A DNA stretch of 64,000 bases from an uncultured delta proteobacterium (GTDB lineage: Bacteria > Desulfobacterota > RBG-13-43-22). The notes beneath the pieces were generated by a model. It was not told where the DNA came from, searched no databases, and saw only the letters and a list, made by a program, of their open reading frames with translations. A program made the translations under genes and the position numbers. Where the stretch lies: NCBI GenBank assembly GCA_963843145.1, contig CAWJJC010000023.1, forward strand, positions 64,001 through 128,000, written 5' to 3'. Shown piece by piece: positions 39,743-49,719 of this stretch (position 1 is the stretch's first letter; every line of letters starts with the position of its first letter).

Positions 39743-40909
39743 CTATTTTCCTTCCTTGACAATTTTCCCCAGGATCTTCCCTCGATTTATCTTGTCCACC
39801 AGGGTGGGCTTCCTTAAATGCGACCTGACCAAATCCAGCACCCGGGAATTAAATAGATCCTTCCGGTTTTGAAATTCAGCGAGGTCTTTCAAATCCCGCA
39901 AGAGGGAGACCGCCTCATCATATCGTTTCGGTTGTTTGGTGGCAATGAGTTCTTCCACCTTGTTCCAAAGAATGCCTTCCTTGTTGACTAGAGACTCGAG
40001 ATACTTTTTTCGTTTTTCAGCCTCTTCTTTTTTGCGCCTGGCCAAATCACGGGCCTTCTTTTCGGCCTCAATCCTTTTCCTTTCCGCAGCCAGAATTTCG
40101 GCCCGGGCCCTGATCTGACCGGCAGTCCTTCGGGGTCCTTTGACCGGCTTTATATCTCCGCGCAGTTTCCGCCTGGCTTGTTGTCGAAGTTCCACCAGGC
40201 AATGCGGGTTGTCCCCTTCGACCAGTCGCAAGAGAAGCATGTCTTTTTCTTGACTCGGTAGACTTAGAACCCACTTTCCGAATTCTTCCTGCGATAAGCC
40301 GATAGCCTGCTCGCCGGGACTGGTTTCCGCTGCCGCCGCAATGAGGTCCCTGGAGAGACGCAGGAAATCGGCGAGTCGATCCAGGGAAGCGTTAAGGGTT
40401 TTTAGACCACCTGGAACAGGTGGCTCCAACTCGTCATCCTCAATCGCCTCCGATTGCACATCGCCCAGCCAGCCAAGGTATAAGGCTCGATAATCTCCGG
40501 ACATTAAATCGGCCCGTAGCGGCAAAAGAGATGCCAGCCAGCCATCCCCCTCGGCCCACTCACCTTCCTCATCCTCGGACTGAAAAGTCAGAAGGATTTT
40601 ATCCCCTTTCGAATAACAGGACAGAGTTTCACCCTCAGAGTAGGGCTCTATGGTCTCTGGATCGAACAGTTTTATGGGTAGTCCCAACATAAGATGGTGA
40701 GACCCCCAATTGGCGAGGTAAAGAAAAGCATCAAAATATTGCTCCAGCCACTTTTCCGGATTACCCTTGAAGTCGCCAAAACTGTAATCCACAATGAAGC
40801 TGCTCGCCGTGATCTGGGCGCGGGAAGAGTAGGCCCTCAGATCGGATATCTGCTCCGGCGTCAGCGGCCAATCCACGGCTTGAAATTCGTAGTACTGATA
40901 CTCGCTCAT
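39743..40909 (-). CDS. Conserved hypothetical protein (MSEYQYYEF family)
   Basis: 388-aa ORF with GAGG RBS; motifs SSRA.IT, YFDAFLYLANWG, GDYR.LYL.WL and PPVP; coiled-coil C-terminus. Confidence 0.8.
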   Translation of the reverse strand: MSEYQYYEFQAVDWPLTPEQISDLRAYSSRAQITASSFIVDYSFGDFKGNPEKWLEQYFDAFLYLANWGSHHLMLGLPIKLFDPETIEPYSEGETLSCYSKGDKILLTFQSEDEEGEWAEGDGWLASLLPLRADLMSGDYRALYLGWLGDVQSEAIEDDELEPPVPGGLKTLNASLDRLADFLRLSRDLIAAAAETSPGEQAIGLSQEEFGKWVLSLPSQEKDMLLLRLVEGDNPHCLVELRQQARRKLRGDIKPVKGPRRTAGQIRARAEILAAERKRIEAEKKARDLARRKKEEAEKRKKYLESLVNKEGILWNKVEELIATKQPKRYDEAVSLLRDLKDLAEFQNRKDLFNSRVLDLVRSHLRKPTLVDKINRGKILGKIVKEGK

Positions 40910-40949
40910 GATCCGGTTTCCTCAAGGTCTTCGCCGTCAAGAGGAGAGG

Positions 40950-41987
40950 TCATGAATTAACCCATCCTTCCGCCTGAAGTCGATCCCAAGCTATCCGAAT
41001 GTGATCGGGTTTAAAGATCCGACGCTTTCTATCGTTCCAAGCGGCCATGGCTGAAACGGCGGAATCGGAATCGACGGCTTCGCCGTCGTGGACCGACAGC
41101 CAGTGCACCGAGGCGAGCAGTTCCAGGCCGTAAGGAGTCTCAAACCCATCTACCAGGTCGGCCACTTTTTCAAGTTTTTCATTAGCTTCATGGTGGCTCT
41201 GGAGGAATCCATCGGCTTTTTCCCCGGATTTAGGCAACAACTCAATCTCGACATCCGGTTTCTGGGTGTCGCCATATCCCCTGATATAATGTCCTTCGAG
41301 CACTTCCAGAACTTTGTTTAGATTATGCGCGTACGGCCCGTAAAAATGCTTCACATAACGCAGCCGCAAATCCAGTCCCGATTCTTGGAGGAAGTAGGCC
41401 AGTTTCTGAATTTCCAGCAGGGTCAACCGGTAGGCATATCGGGCATATTGCTGCATAAGCTTTATAAACAATGCCCGGGCGATGGTCATACGTGGTTTCG
41501 CTGTTCCTACCGGCATCTGTTCAGCCTTCGGCGCGCCCTTGGGTTCATAAAGTCTCACCTTAACTTCCGGCAGGGAAGAGAAGGCTTGTTCGATCATGGA
41601 CCGAACTCGCTTCCAGTCCAGACCACCCAGGCCGCATCCCAAAGGTGGGATGGCGATAGACCTGATATTCCGTTCCTTCACTTCTTTCACCAGGTCCTCT
41701 AATCCGGCCACAATATCTTCGTAACGACTGCGCCCCTTCCAGTGGCGCTTTGTGGGGAAATTAACGATAAAACGTGGGTTAAACATTTGCCCGATTTCAA
41801 AAATAAACATGTGTCCGATTTTAACATCTTCGTGCCGGCAGGCTGTTTCATAGGCCTTGAAATTTTCAGGGAAGGCCTTCTTGAATTGCAGGGCAATGCC
41901 CTTCCCCATAACGCCGACGCAGTTGACGGTATTAACCAGAGCCTCCGCATCGGCGGTCAAAATATTCCCCAGAGTTAATTCGATCAT
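40950..41987 (-). CDS. darG: DarG antitoxin (macrodomain DNA ADP-ribosylhydrolase)
   Basis: VNTVNCVGVMGKGIALQFK, NFPTKRHW, PPLGCGLGGL; C-terminal LLEIQKLAYFLQ, YGPYA, GFE.PYGLELLA.V. Directly downstream of darT. Confidence 0.93.
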   Translation of the reverse strand: MIELTLGNILTADAEALVNTVNCVGVMGKGIALQFKKAFPENFKAYETACRHEDVKIGHMFIFEIGQMFNPRFIVNFPTKRHWKGRSRYEDIVAGLEDLVKEVKERNIRSIAIPPLGCGLGGLDWKRVRSMIEQAFSSLPEVKVRLYEPKGAPKAEQMPVGTAKPRMTIARALFIKLMQQYARYAYRLTLLEIQKLAYFLQESGLDLRLRYVKHFYGPYAHNLNKVLEVLEGHYIRGYGDTQKPDVEIELLPKSGEKADGFLQSHHEANEKLEKVADLVDGFETPYGLELLASVHWLSVHDGEAVDSDSAVSAMAAWNDRKRRIFKPDHIRIAWDRLQAEGWVNS

Positions 41988-41999
41988 TTCCGCCTCTCC

Positions 42000-42643
42000 T
42001 TATGAATAATACCATTGCCGGCAAATATCCACTGGTGTTTGTATTCCATATTTCGCAAGAATGCTTTCCACCTGCACCTTGATGCCACCGTTTATCACCC
42101 CGATGCGGGCGATAACCTCCCAGGGGCAGAATCGATAAACAAGAAATTCAGCCTGCTTTCGTCGCTGGCGGTCCATGTCCGCAATGGTATCTGCCCAATA
42201 ACTCCGCATAAACCACGTCCCAATCAATTTGGTTAAAATTCGTAACATTATCAAACCATTGGGTAAAGGCGGCAATTCCATGTCCGTCCGAGAACACGAA
42301 ATCCAATTGGGCCTGGTTAATCGCCTCCACTGTAGATACCAAGTAGATCAGCGGTTCTTGGCCCTCTACGTAACCTTCAACCTGCCCCGTCTTTAATCTC
42401 AACAGCATTGGCGAACGTGGACCAAAATAAAAGGCCACATAATCGTGAACCGTCCCAGCCGACTCCGCAGCGGATGGGGCGGGCCCGTCTTACTTGCTGG
42501 ATCCCGATATCGTGAATCGTTCGATAAACCCGCCCATCGTTTGGCGTATGGTTGGGCGCATGCATCCCGCCTCGCTCCAGACAAACCGATAGGTTGTCCA
42601 GGTGCATCAAACGATAGATAGGGGTTGGGCGGGGCACGGTCAT
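42000..42643 (-). CDS. darT: DarT toxin (DUF4433 ssDNA ADP-ribosyltransferase); two frameshifts near 42460 and 42205
   Basis: Three frames join as IYRLMHLDNL..GTVHDYVAFYFGPRSPML..FVFSDGH..IDW..RRKQAEFLV..IGV..WYY. The catalytic Glu is present. Confidence 0.88.
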
Positions 42644-42662
42644 CAGGGGGTAACCTTTAGAA

Positions 42663-45600
42663 TTACTTTTCGTTAATATTCTCAGAGGCCCTAATTATTT
42701 CCTGAAGATCCACAAGATGCTTTTCTTTGAACTTAATTTCGCATCTTTGCCCGCACATCATTATCGCCAAAATGGGTTCAACATCGCCACCTTCCAAACC
42801 TGTCTTGTATCTCTCTATTTGGAACAAGATATCTTTTGCCTCTATTGCACCATGTTGCCATTTTGCAAAATGGTCCGCACAAAGACATAGGGCATTGCCG
42901 GAGGTATCAAAAGCCCGTGCAACTTTTCGGGGAACAATATAGTTTGCCACAAAAAATGGGTGGCCATCTCTCTCAGGGAATGTCGTGCCGCATATCTGAC
43001 AGTTTCCACCATACATCTCTGTCAAATATTCCCTAACCTGATCGTCCGGTCCTTCGAGTAACATGCGAATAGTTATTTTGCGCCTCTCATTAGCATTTGG
43101 TTCATGTTGGAGATGTTTAAAATGGCCATCATAGCTTTTATCACGCCGTCTAACAGGGTTTTTCACAGTACCGTCATCTATATTTTGGTCGTTTAACTCC
43201 GTTCTCCCTAACCTATTAAAACTCTGAACCAATTCGTTTTTAAAATCTGTTTCTCCAGGAGCAGTTTCATCTGTTTTTTTTCTCTCTTCTAACACACCTG
43301 GTTGTATTCTTTTTCTAAATTCTGCAAGTAATTCCGGGTGCCTCTCAAGTTCTCTTGCCACTTCAATTATTTCCTGTGATATTCCTGCCTCTTCCGCGAG
43401 CTTGGCTACTAGCGCCTTCTTCATGCCTAATTGATTAGCAAGTTTTTCATCCCGAATATATGATTCCGGAAGATCATCAAGGCTGATATCCTCCGGCTTG
43501 TAAAAATTTCCATCCCGCTTTGGCAACCATGCAGTTTCTATTAATAATCGGCCAAAATCACTAGAAATGCGTTCGTTCTTTTTGCTATTTTCATACGTTT
43601 GCCTTGAGGAAGTCTCAACAATTCCGCGAATGCATAATAAGTTTGGACTGGCGATTGCATTCCATATAAAAGAACTCTTTTCTATATTTGGATTAGCAAT
43701 AGCATGTTCTAGTCCGTCTACTCGAATTTCCAGATCAAACCCGCTTAATCCTCGTACGTGGAACCCGTGGTCATTTCTTATAGATACATAACCTAAATTA
43801 TTTGGTTCTTTTTTCTGAATGCGAATGTTGCCTTTTACTCCTAAATCGCTGAAAAGGTTCAATGCGGCTTCTGTATAATCTGCACATACAAAACCAATTC
43901 TAAGATTTCCAGAAAAGTACGTTTCTACTCCCTTGTTTTTAAAATAGACCTCGTTTGGTTTTCTGTAGTTTGTCGCCCCTATACCAGGTGAAACGGAAAG
44001 GATAAAAGATGTTTCTTGCAATTTCTGCCGCAATCTCCGCTTCTTTTCCTCGGAGTCTGTTTCATAGGCATGCACAATCTTTTCTATGTCTCGCCGATGT
44101 TCATCGATAGGTACTGAAGATATATATTTGGGAAGTATTTGCTCCATAACCTCTGCCACAATATCTAACTCCGGAATACCTAATTCTTTTAGGAATTGAT
44201 GGGCATCTTCTTGCCGAGCTATTTCAAATTTTACTAATGGAAGGGAATTCTGAGTATCTAGTTCATTAGCCAAATAGGCGTTTGGCGAGTCGTCTTCCTG
44301 GAATGGCCTAACATGAGAACCATCTTGCAGACGAATGAACTTCTTTGACCGAAGTGGACCAGCCGGGCTCCAGTAGCTAGTCGTTGGTTTCCATAGAGCA
44401 TTTAGATTACCCACATATTTGTAAAATATTATCATCCATTCATCAGATTGCATTTCAAGGAAATTTGACGTTAATTTTCGGACAAATCCCTCAGGAGTTA
44501 TTTCTTCCACTCCACATTCTTTTGTGAGATATTTATACAAGTTGGGGGTCTTACCTTCTGTAATTTCCCCGGATAGCCACCTGTGATCACCTTCGGATAG
44601 GATCAGATTCCTTAGTTGATCGACAGAAAGAAGCTTTCTTAGTTCAGAACCGCGTGCAAGTAGTCCGTTTCTTGCCGAGATAAAATATTTTTCGTCATCA
44701 CATGGTAATAACTCATGGTCCCTGAAAGCTTCCCAGACAGCCTGGTTTATAGGATAGAATAAGTCGTATTCGTTGATGTCTTTAATACTTTTCGCTAAAG
44801 TTTCGAGAAATTCGTTTTTTAATAAGCCCAATTCCTTTATACGGGAAAGTCCTCCTACAACTAGTTTTGCTACGCATTGCATTAGCCATCGGTTCCAAGA
44901 AGTACCTCTTTTAAAGTCCTCACGTGAACTCGTTAAAATAAAATCTGCATTTATTATGAATGGAAAACCTGTATCTGATCTTACGGGCAAATAGGCAAAT
45001 ATCTTCCCCCCGCCTTCTTTGTCTTCATTAAGAGGAAATACGATAGACACATCACGTTCCTTAATGTCTATTCTCTTTTCATGATGGATATCTTCCGGCT
45101 TTTCAAAACTTTCATTGAATAATATGAATTCTCTATTATTAGAAAAAGATATTCCCTGTTGTTCTCCCTTGACTAAAATCTGAACTAATGGCGACTTAGA
45201 ATCATCTTTTCGAATACTCAGGCTATTACCACTATCTGAAATAATGCGTATTTCTTTTATCTTCGACAAGAATAAAATAGTCTCTGGTTCAATGTCCCTT
45301 AGCATCTCCTCGATTTTAGAATAACTAAAATCTGCTTTATCCAATGGCAATATAATTGTGGTTTGAGTTGGATCGATCTTTCCTATAGGGAGATCAATCC
45401 ACCGTGGCACGATGTAACCAAGTCCAGTTTCTCCATCATGCTCTGGCAAACTAAATTGGTATCCACCTGAAATCACATATGGATTTGAAGTAATTCGAAA
45501 AACTGATTTAAACCCTATCCCCTTCTCTCCTATATACCCCTGGATCTTACTTTTTGTTGTCTTCCCGACCGCGCAAAGAGCATCTACATTTTTTGAGGAA

Positions 45601-45875
45601 AAGCCGATTTCGTTATTCTGAATAATTAGTGTCCCGTCTGATCCATTTGATTTGGTAACTGCGGTTTTCATTAGCCAAAAGGAAATAAAAGGGCCAACAT
45701 TCCCATAGGAATTGTCTTCTGCATTCTGGATTAGCTCGAAGATGAAATGTGTGTCCTTACTATAGAGGTCTTCCGCAAGGGCTTTAATTGAATTATTCAG
45801 GCTATCCTTAATGCGTTGGCTTGCTTGAAAATCATTTCGAATTTTTCTGATATGTTCCTGCTGATCATGACTCAT
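42663..45875 (-). CDS. Large sacsin/NO VEIN-like GHKL (HSP90-type) ATPase with a C-terminal HNH-like Zn-finger domain
   Basis: HFIFELIQNAED, NNE.GF, IGEKGIGFKSVF, LFL..I..I, YLP..F.INADF...SSRE; C-terminal CQICG..N.LCLCADH. Visibly AT-richer than the flanks. ATG lies 1 nt after the helicase stop. Confidence 0.85.
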   Translation of the reverse strand: MSHDQQEHIRKIRNDFQASQRIKDSLNNSIKALAEDLYSKDTHFIFELIQNAEDNSYGNVGPFISFWLMKTAVTKSNGSDGTLIIQNNEIGFSSKNVDALCAVGKTTKSKIQGYIGEKGIGFKSVFRITSNPYVISGGYQFSLPEHDGETGLGYIVPRWIDLPIGKIDPTQTTIILPLDKADFSYSKIEEMLRDIEPETILFLSKIKEIRIISDSGNSLSIRKDDSKSPLVQILVKGEQQGISFSNNREFILFNESFEKPEDIHHEKRIDIKERDVSIVFPLNEDKEGGGKIFAYLPVRSDTGFPFIINADFILTSSREDFKRGTSWNRWLMQCVAKLVVGGLSRIKELGLLKNEFLETLAKSIKDINEYDLFYPINQAVWEAFRDHELLPCDDEKYFISARNGLLARGSELRKLLSVDQLRNLILSEGDHRWLSGEITEGKTPNLYKYLTKECGVEEITPEGFVRKLTSNFLEMQSDEWMIIFYKYVGNLNALWKPTTSYWSPAGPLRSKKFIRLQDGSHVRPFQEDDSPNAYLANELDTQNSLPLVKFEIARQEDAHQFLKELGIPELDIVAEVMEQILPKYISSVPIDEHRRDIEKIVHAYETDSEEKKRRLRQKLQETSFILSVSPGIGATNYRKPNEVYFKNKGVETYFSGNLRIGFVCADYTEAALNLFSDLGVKGNIRIQKKEPNNLGYVSIRNDHGFHVRGLSGFDLEIRVDGLEHAIANPNIEKSSFIWNAIASPNLLCIRGIVETSSRQTYENSKKNERISSDFGRLLIETAWLPKRDGNFYKPEDISLDDLPESYIRDEKLANQLGMKKALVAKLAEEAGISQEIIEVARELERHPELLAEFRKRIQPGVLEERKKTDETAPGETDFKNELVQSFNRLGRTELNDQNIDDGTVKNPVRRRDKSYDGHFKHLQHEPNANERRKITIRMLLEGPDDQVREYLTEMYGGNCQICGTTFPERDGHPFFVANYIVPRKVARAFDTSGNALCLCADHFAKWQHGAIEAKDILFQIERYKTGLEGGDVEPILAIMMCGQRCEIKFKEKHLVDLQEIIRASENINEK

Positions 45876-45876
45876 C

Positions 45877-48800
45877 TTAGACACCCTGTTCCACAATTAA
45901 GACCCCATGAGCAACTGGATCAGAAATAAGTTCTGCTCTCTCCATAGCAATATCCAACTCCTGGATACGTCGAGCGTAATCGGCCTCCGCCGCTGTAATT
46001 TGAGACTGGCGCATCCTTTGGATTTTCTCATCGTTGGCTTGCTTAAGCTGTTCTTCAAGAAGCGAGATCCGCGCACGATGGCTCGTTGCCAGGCTTTCCC
46101 TTCGGTACGCGGCTAATTCCTGAGTTCGCCTTTGATGTTTGGCACGGGCTTCGGACCACAAAATATAATGTTGAGTATCCAAATCATCCCATTTAGAGGA
46201 GCAATCCTCCCCGGGTTTATCCATCGGGGCCTCTTTTGCTTTTTCAAGCAGGCCTGGAAAGGTGTGCTGTAATCATTTGCGAAGAGGCAATCGGCTGTAG
46301 TATCAAGTCCTCCTTAATGCCGTGGAATCGCCATTGATAGATCGCAAATTCGTATCTACCTTCCGGGACATCATTGCTCTTTGCCTTCAAGGCGGTGACG
46401 ATTCGTTCCCTGGTATCAAGCGACATGGCTGCCTGTTTCACCAGGGGATGGGTGGGCATAATGAAAAACAGCCTCCGGATACTGAATAGCGCACTCGGAC
46501 TCGAAGGTAACGGACAGATGGGGATTCCCGCCCTTTGAGCCAGTTCTCCCATTCCCGAAAAGCTGAAATGTTTTGTCTGGGGAGTTGTTGGAAGTCACGC
46601 AAGAGACTGCTTCGGGCCTCTTGCGAAAGACGCAGTGTTTTCAAAGGCTTTTCGCCGAGAATGAATTCCTGCTCTTTTCCGCAGGTTTGCTGAAGATAAA
46701 AAGTGACCAGCCTGTGTATCGACGCCGGCAGACAACCAGAAGCTTGACGCCTCTTCGATCTCCTTCTTCATCTGGTCCTCGGGGAGGCGGATCCCGAAGA
46801 GTTCCAATTGCCTCTGTTCGAGTTCTTCTTGCTCCTGGATCAAGCGAATCTTGTTATCTGCCAATTGCTGGAGCTTTGAACTGCGCTCGGCATCACTAAG
46901 AAAAAAATTCTCTGCGATGTTGCGGATTTCCTTGGTGATTTCCCCAAGTATTTCTTCGCTGCCGCCCAAGGCATGGTTAAACACCCCTATCCGGACCAGA
47001 CAGCGTTCATAGATATCCGCATCGACCGTCCCCGGCGTAATCAGATTGAAAATGGCGACGCTCTCGCTCTTCTGGCCCTTTCGATCCAGACGGCCGATCC
47101 TTTGCTCCACCCGCATCGGATTCCAAGGGAGATCATAGTTCACCAGGCAATCACAGAACTGGTAATCCAATCCTTCACAGCCAATTTCTGAAAACAGCAG
47201 AACGTCAAGACACTCGTCAAGGTCTCGCCGCTTCGCAAAACGGTCACGAAATTCTAAACGCGTCTTCATCCGGTGTTCCACCATGGATCAGCCCAACCCG
47301 GAAACCGTCCGCCTGGAGATGGTCATAAAGGTAGTGAAGGGTATGCCGAAAGCTGCTGAAAAGCATCACCTTATTGTTCGGCAGGCTTTGCTTGTCCCGG
47401 ATGATCTGGCGGAGGGCTTCAAGCTTGGGGTCATCCGGGTCGAGGTTCCGCGCTTTCTCCAGGATGGTTTGAATGCGTGATTCTAAAAGGCCAATAGCGT
47501 CGCCTTGTGGGAGCCGATTCCGTGTTGTCAGCTTCATCCCAAGACTAATTCATCCAGATGCCGGTTGAGGATGTCCCCCAGGAAAGGGGCTAGACCGAAA
47601 AGGCAACTGGCCGCCTGACGGCGGATCGTGGTCATCATGAACTTGACATTGACATCCCCGTGAAGCTTGCCGAATATCTCCGCCTGAATCTGGAGTAGAT
47701 CGTCATGCAATTGTTTCTGGGCCGGGGTGAATTCAACAGCAACGGTTTCAGGCCTTCGTATGGTGAAGTCGCCGATATCGCGCCGGCGTGTCCGGTTGAT
47801 TATCCCTGAAAAGGTATGCAGGGCTTCGAGGTCGGTTATAAGCTGCACCCGCTCCTCTAAGGCGATTTTTCCTTCCGAGAGCCGATTTCGTATCCGATTG
47901 AATTCAGGATTATATCTGAGAATGGCCTGGCCCCAGGAGGTAGCCGCAGCTTCATCCAGTGCGGCAGTGGCCCCAACAGTCCAATCCGGCTCCTGAGCCC
48001 GAGCCAGGTTAACCGCCTGGTTAATAAACGGATTCGGTTCGGCCATATGCTCATAGCTTTCCTGGTCGATAATCAGATCCGGACGCAGGGTGTTCAACAA
48101 AACAAAAAGATCATGGCTGCCGAGCTGGATGGGTGTTCCCGATAAAAATAACACCGCCTCGGCGTGGTCACAGAAGAACCTCACGGCCTTATGGCTGAAG
48201 GTGTCTTGATTCCGGATGTGGTGGGCCTCATCCACGATGACCAGATCAAAGCGTGGAGGTGGATCCAGATCCAGGAGCCCTTTTTTTCGCTTTCTTTTCC
48301 GGTCAGGCCCCGAACCATAAAGGAGTGCCTCGTCGAACAACGAATAGGGAACAATCACTCTCTGGTGCTGCTCAGGCCAGACCCCATCCAGATCCATCTC
48401 GTTGATGCAATATCGTAAGGTACTGCCGTCGAGATGAGTGAAGCGCTCCTCAAATCGTTTCATCTCATTCTGCCATTTGCGCTCGATAACCAGCGGTCGC
48501 GGGCAGATAATCAGAATAGAACGGAGGTCGCGCCGGGCCTGCAGCTCCCGAAGAATTAACCCCGCTTCAATGGTCTTGCCCACACCTACACCGTCGGCAA
48601 TCAGTAATCTTGGACGGTCCGCCCTGATAAATCGAAGCACCGGCCTGAACTGATAAGGGATGAAATCAACTCGAGCGGCATTTAGAGAATAAAGTGTGGA
48701 TAGTCCCGGATATCGAATCTGTAACGCGGTGAGGTAGGCGTGGAACTGATCACAGGGCAAGAAATGAAATTCCTCTCCCCCCAGTTCTTCAGCCTTAAGT

Positions 48801-49483
48801 TGGGACCCATAGTACGTCTGCGTCTCGTTTTCGATGAATACCTTATAGCGGTTTTCCGGCTTTCCGGGCACCATAGCAACCACCGCGCCCCGGAGAGCAG
48901 GATTTGATTTCAGGGATACAATCTGCCCCGGTTCAAACTCAAACCCTTGATTTATCTTATCCTGAGATAGTTGTTGCTCAATGGTTTCTCCCTGGGGAGA
49001 GAAAGGCATTTCCATGGCCAACAGGGAGGTCTTGGTAGCCCGCACTTTTTGGATTAAACTTTCATCCGCCTCAATGACCGTAGCAAAACGTTGCAGGGTG
49101 TCCAAGTCGCGGTAGACGTCATCAACCGGGAACCCTTCTGTTCCAGCATGCGCCCATCGGTTACGAACGGTCTGCATTTCCTTGACAAAATGGCGAGCTT
49201 CGGGGGTCAGGTCAAACTTTGATGATATCTGGTACCAGTTTTGGTCGAAGACTCGAAGCAGGGCGGCTAGGTCCAAAGCTGTCAGTGACCCTATTTTTTG
49301 TTGTTCTATTCGGCGTTGTTGCTGGATCGATAGGTTATTGACAACGAGTTGTTTCCACCAGCCCTCATGAAGGGAGGGAAGAACTTTCTCCAGAAACAAG
49401 GCAAGCTGCCCGGCGACCTCTTTCAAAAGAGTGGTCATGGAGCCTTCGAGGTGGTTGGATTCAAATGACATGATCTGGCCCAT
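45877..49483 (-). CDS. SNF2/RapA-like helicase with N-terminal Swt1-like HEPN domain; about 1200 aa, split by at least five frameshifts
   Basis: LDLAALL..W..VRNRWAH (RX4H); [23 protein letters not shown]. Fragments 47244..47537 (DPKL..VMLFS), 46595..47284 ([28 protein letters not shown]) and further pieces continue to 45877. Confidence 0.85.
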
Positions 49484-49719
49484 GCGGAATATATTTCTTT
49501 CCCGGCTACCTTTTTACAGGTAATCGTTCTATAGCTCGGCTTACCAGAAACATTGATTTCTTAGGAATCGTGCCTCCAATCGGAACGTTCCTAATTCAGC
49601 GTTACTATGGAGAAAGAAGGGCTTACTGAATAAGATTGCCCACATTATTATGAAATTCGGCAACTTTGTCTATCGGTTTTATCCGTTTTTCAGCAATAGA
49701 ACCCATAAACGGATCCTCC

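Noticed and set aside
47534-47536. Selenocysteine read-through of TGA in the helicase (prompted by yedF)
   Set aside because: A second TGA follows two codons later and similarity continues in another frame. No in-frame TGA at a Cys position was noticed in any redox gene here.
39743-49483. Calling the defence cluster a mobile element, DISARM, BREX or a type III restriction-modification locus
   Set aside because: No integrase, att-like repeats, methyltransferase, PglZ or DrmA/B genes were seen.
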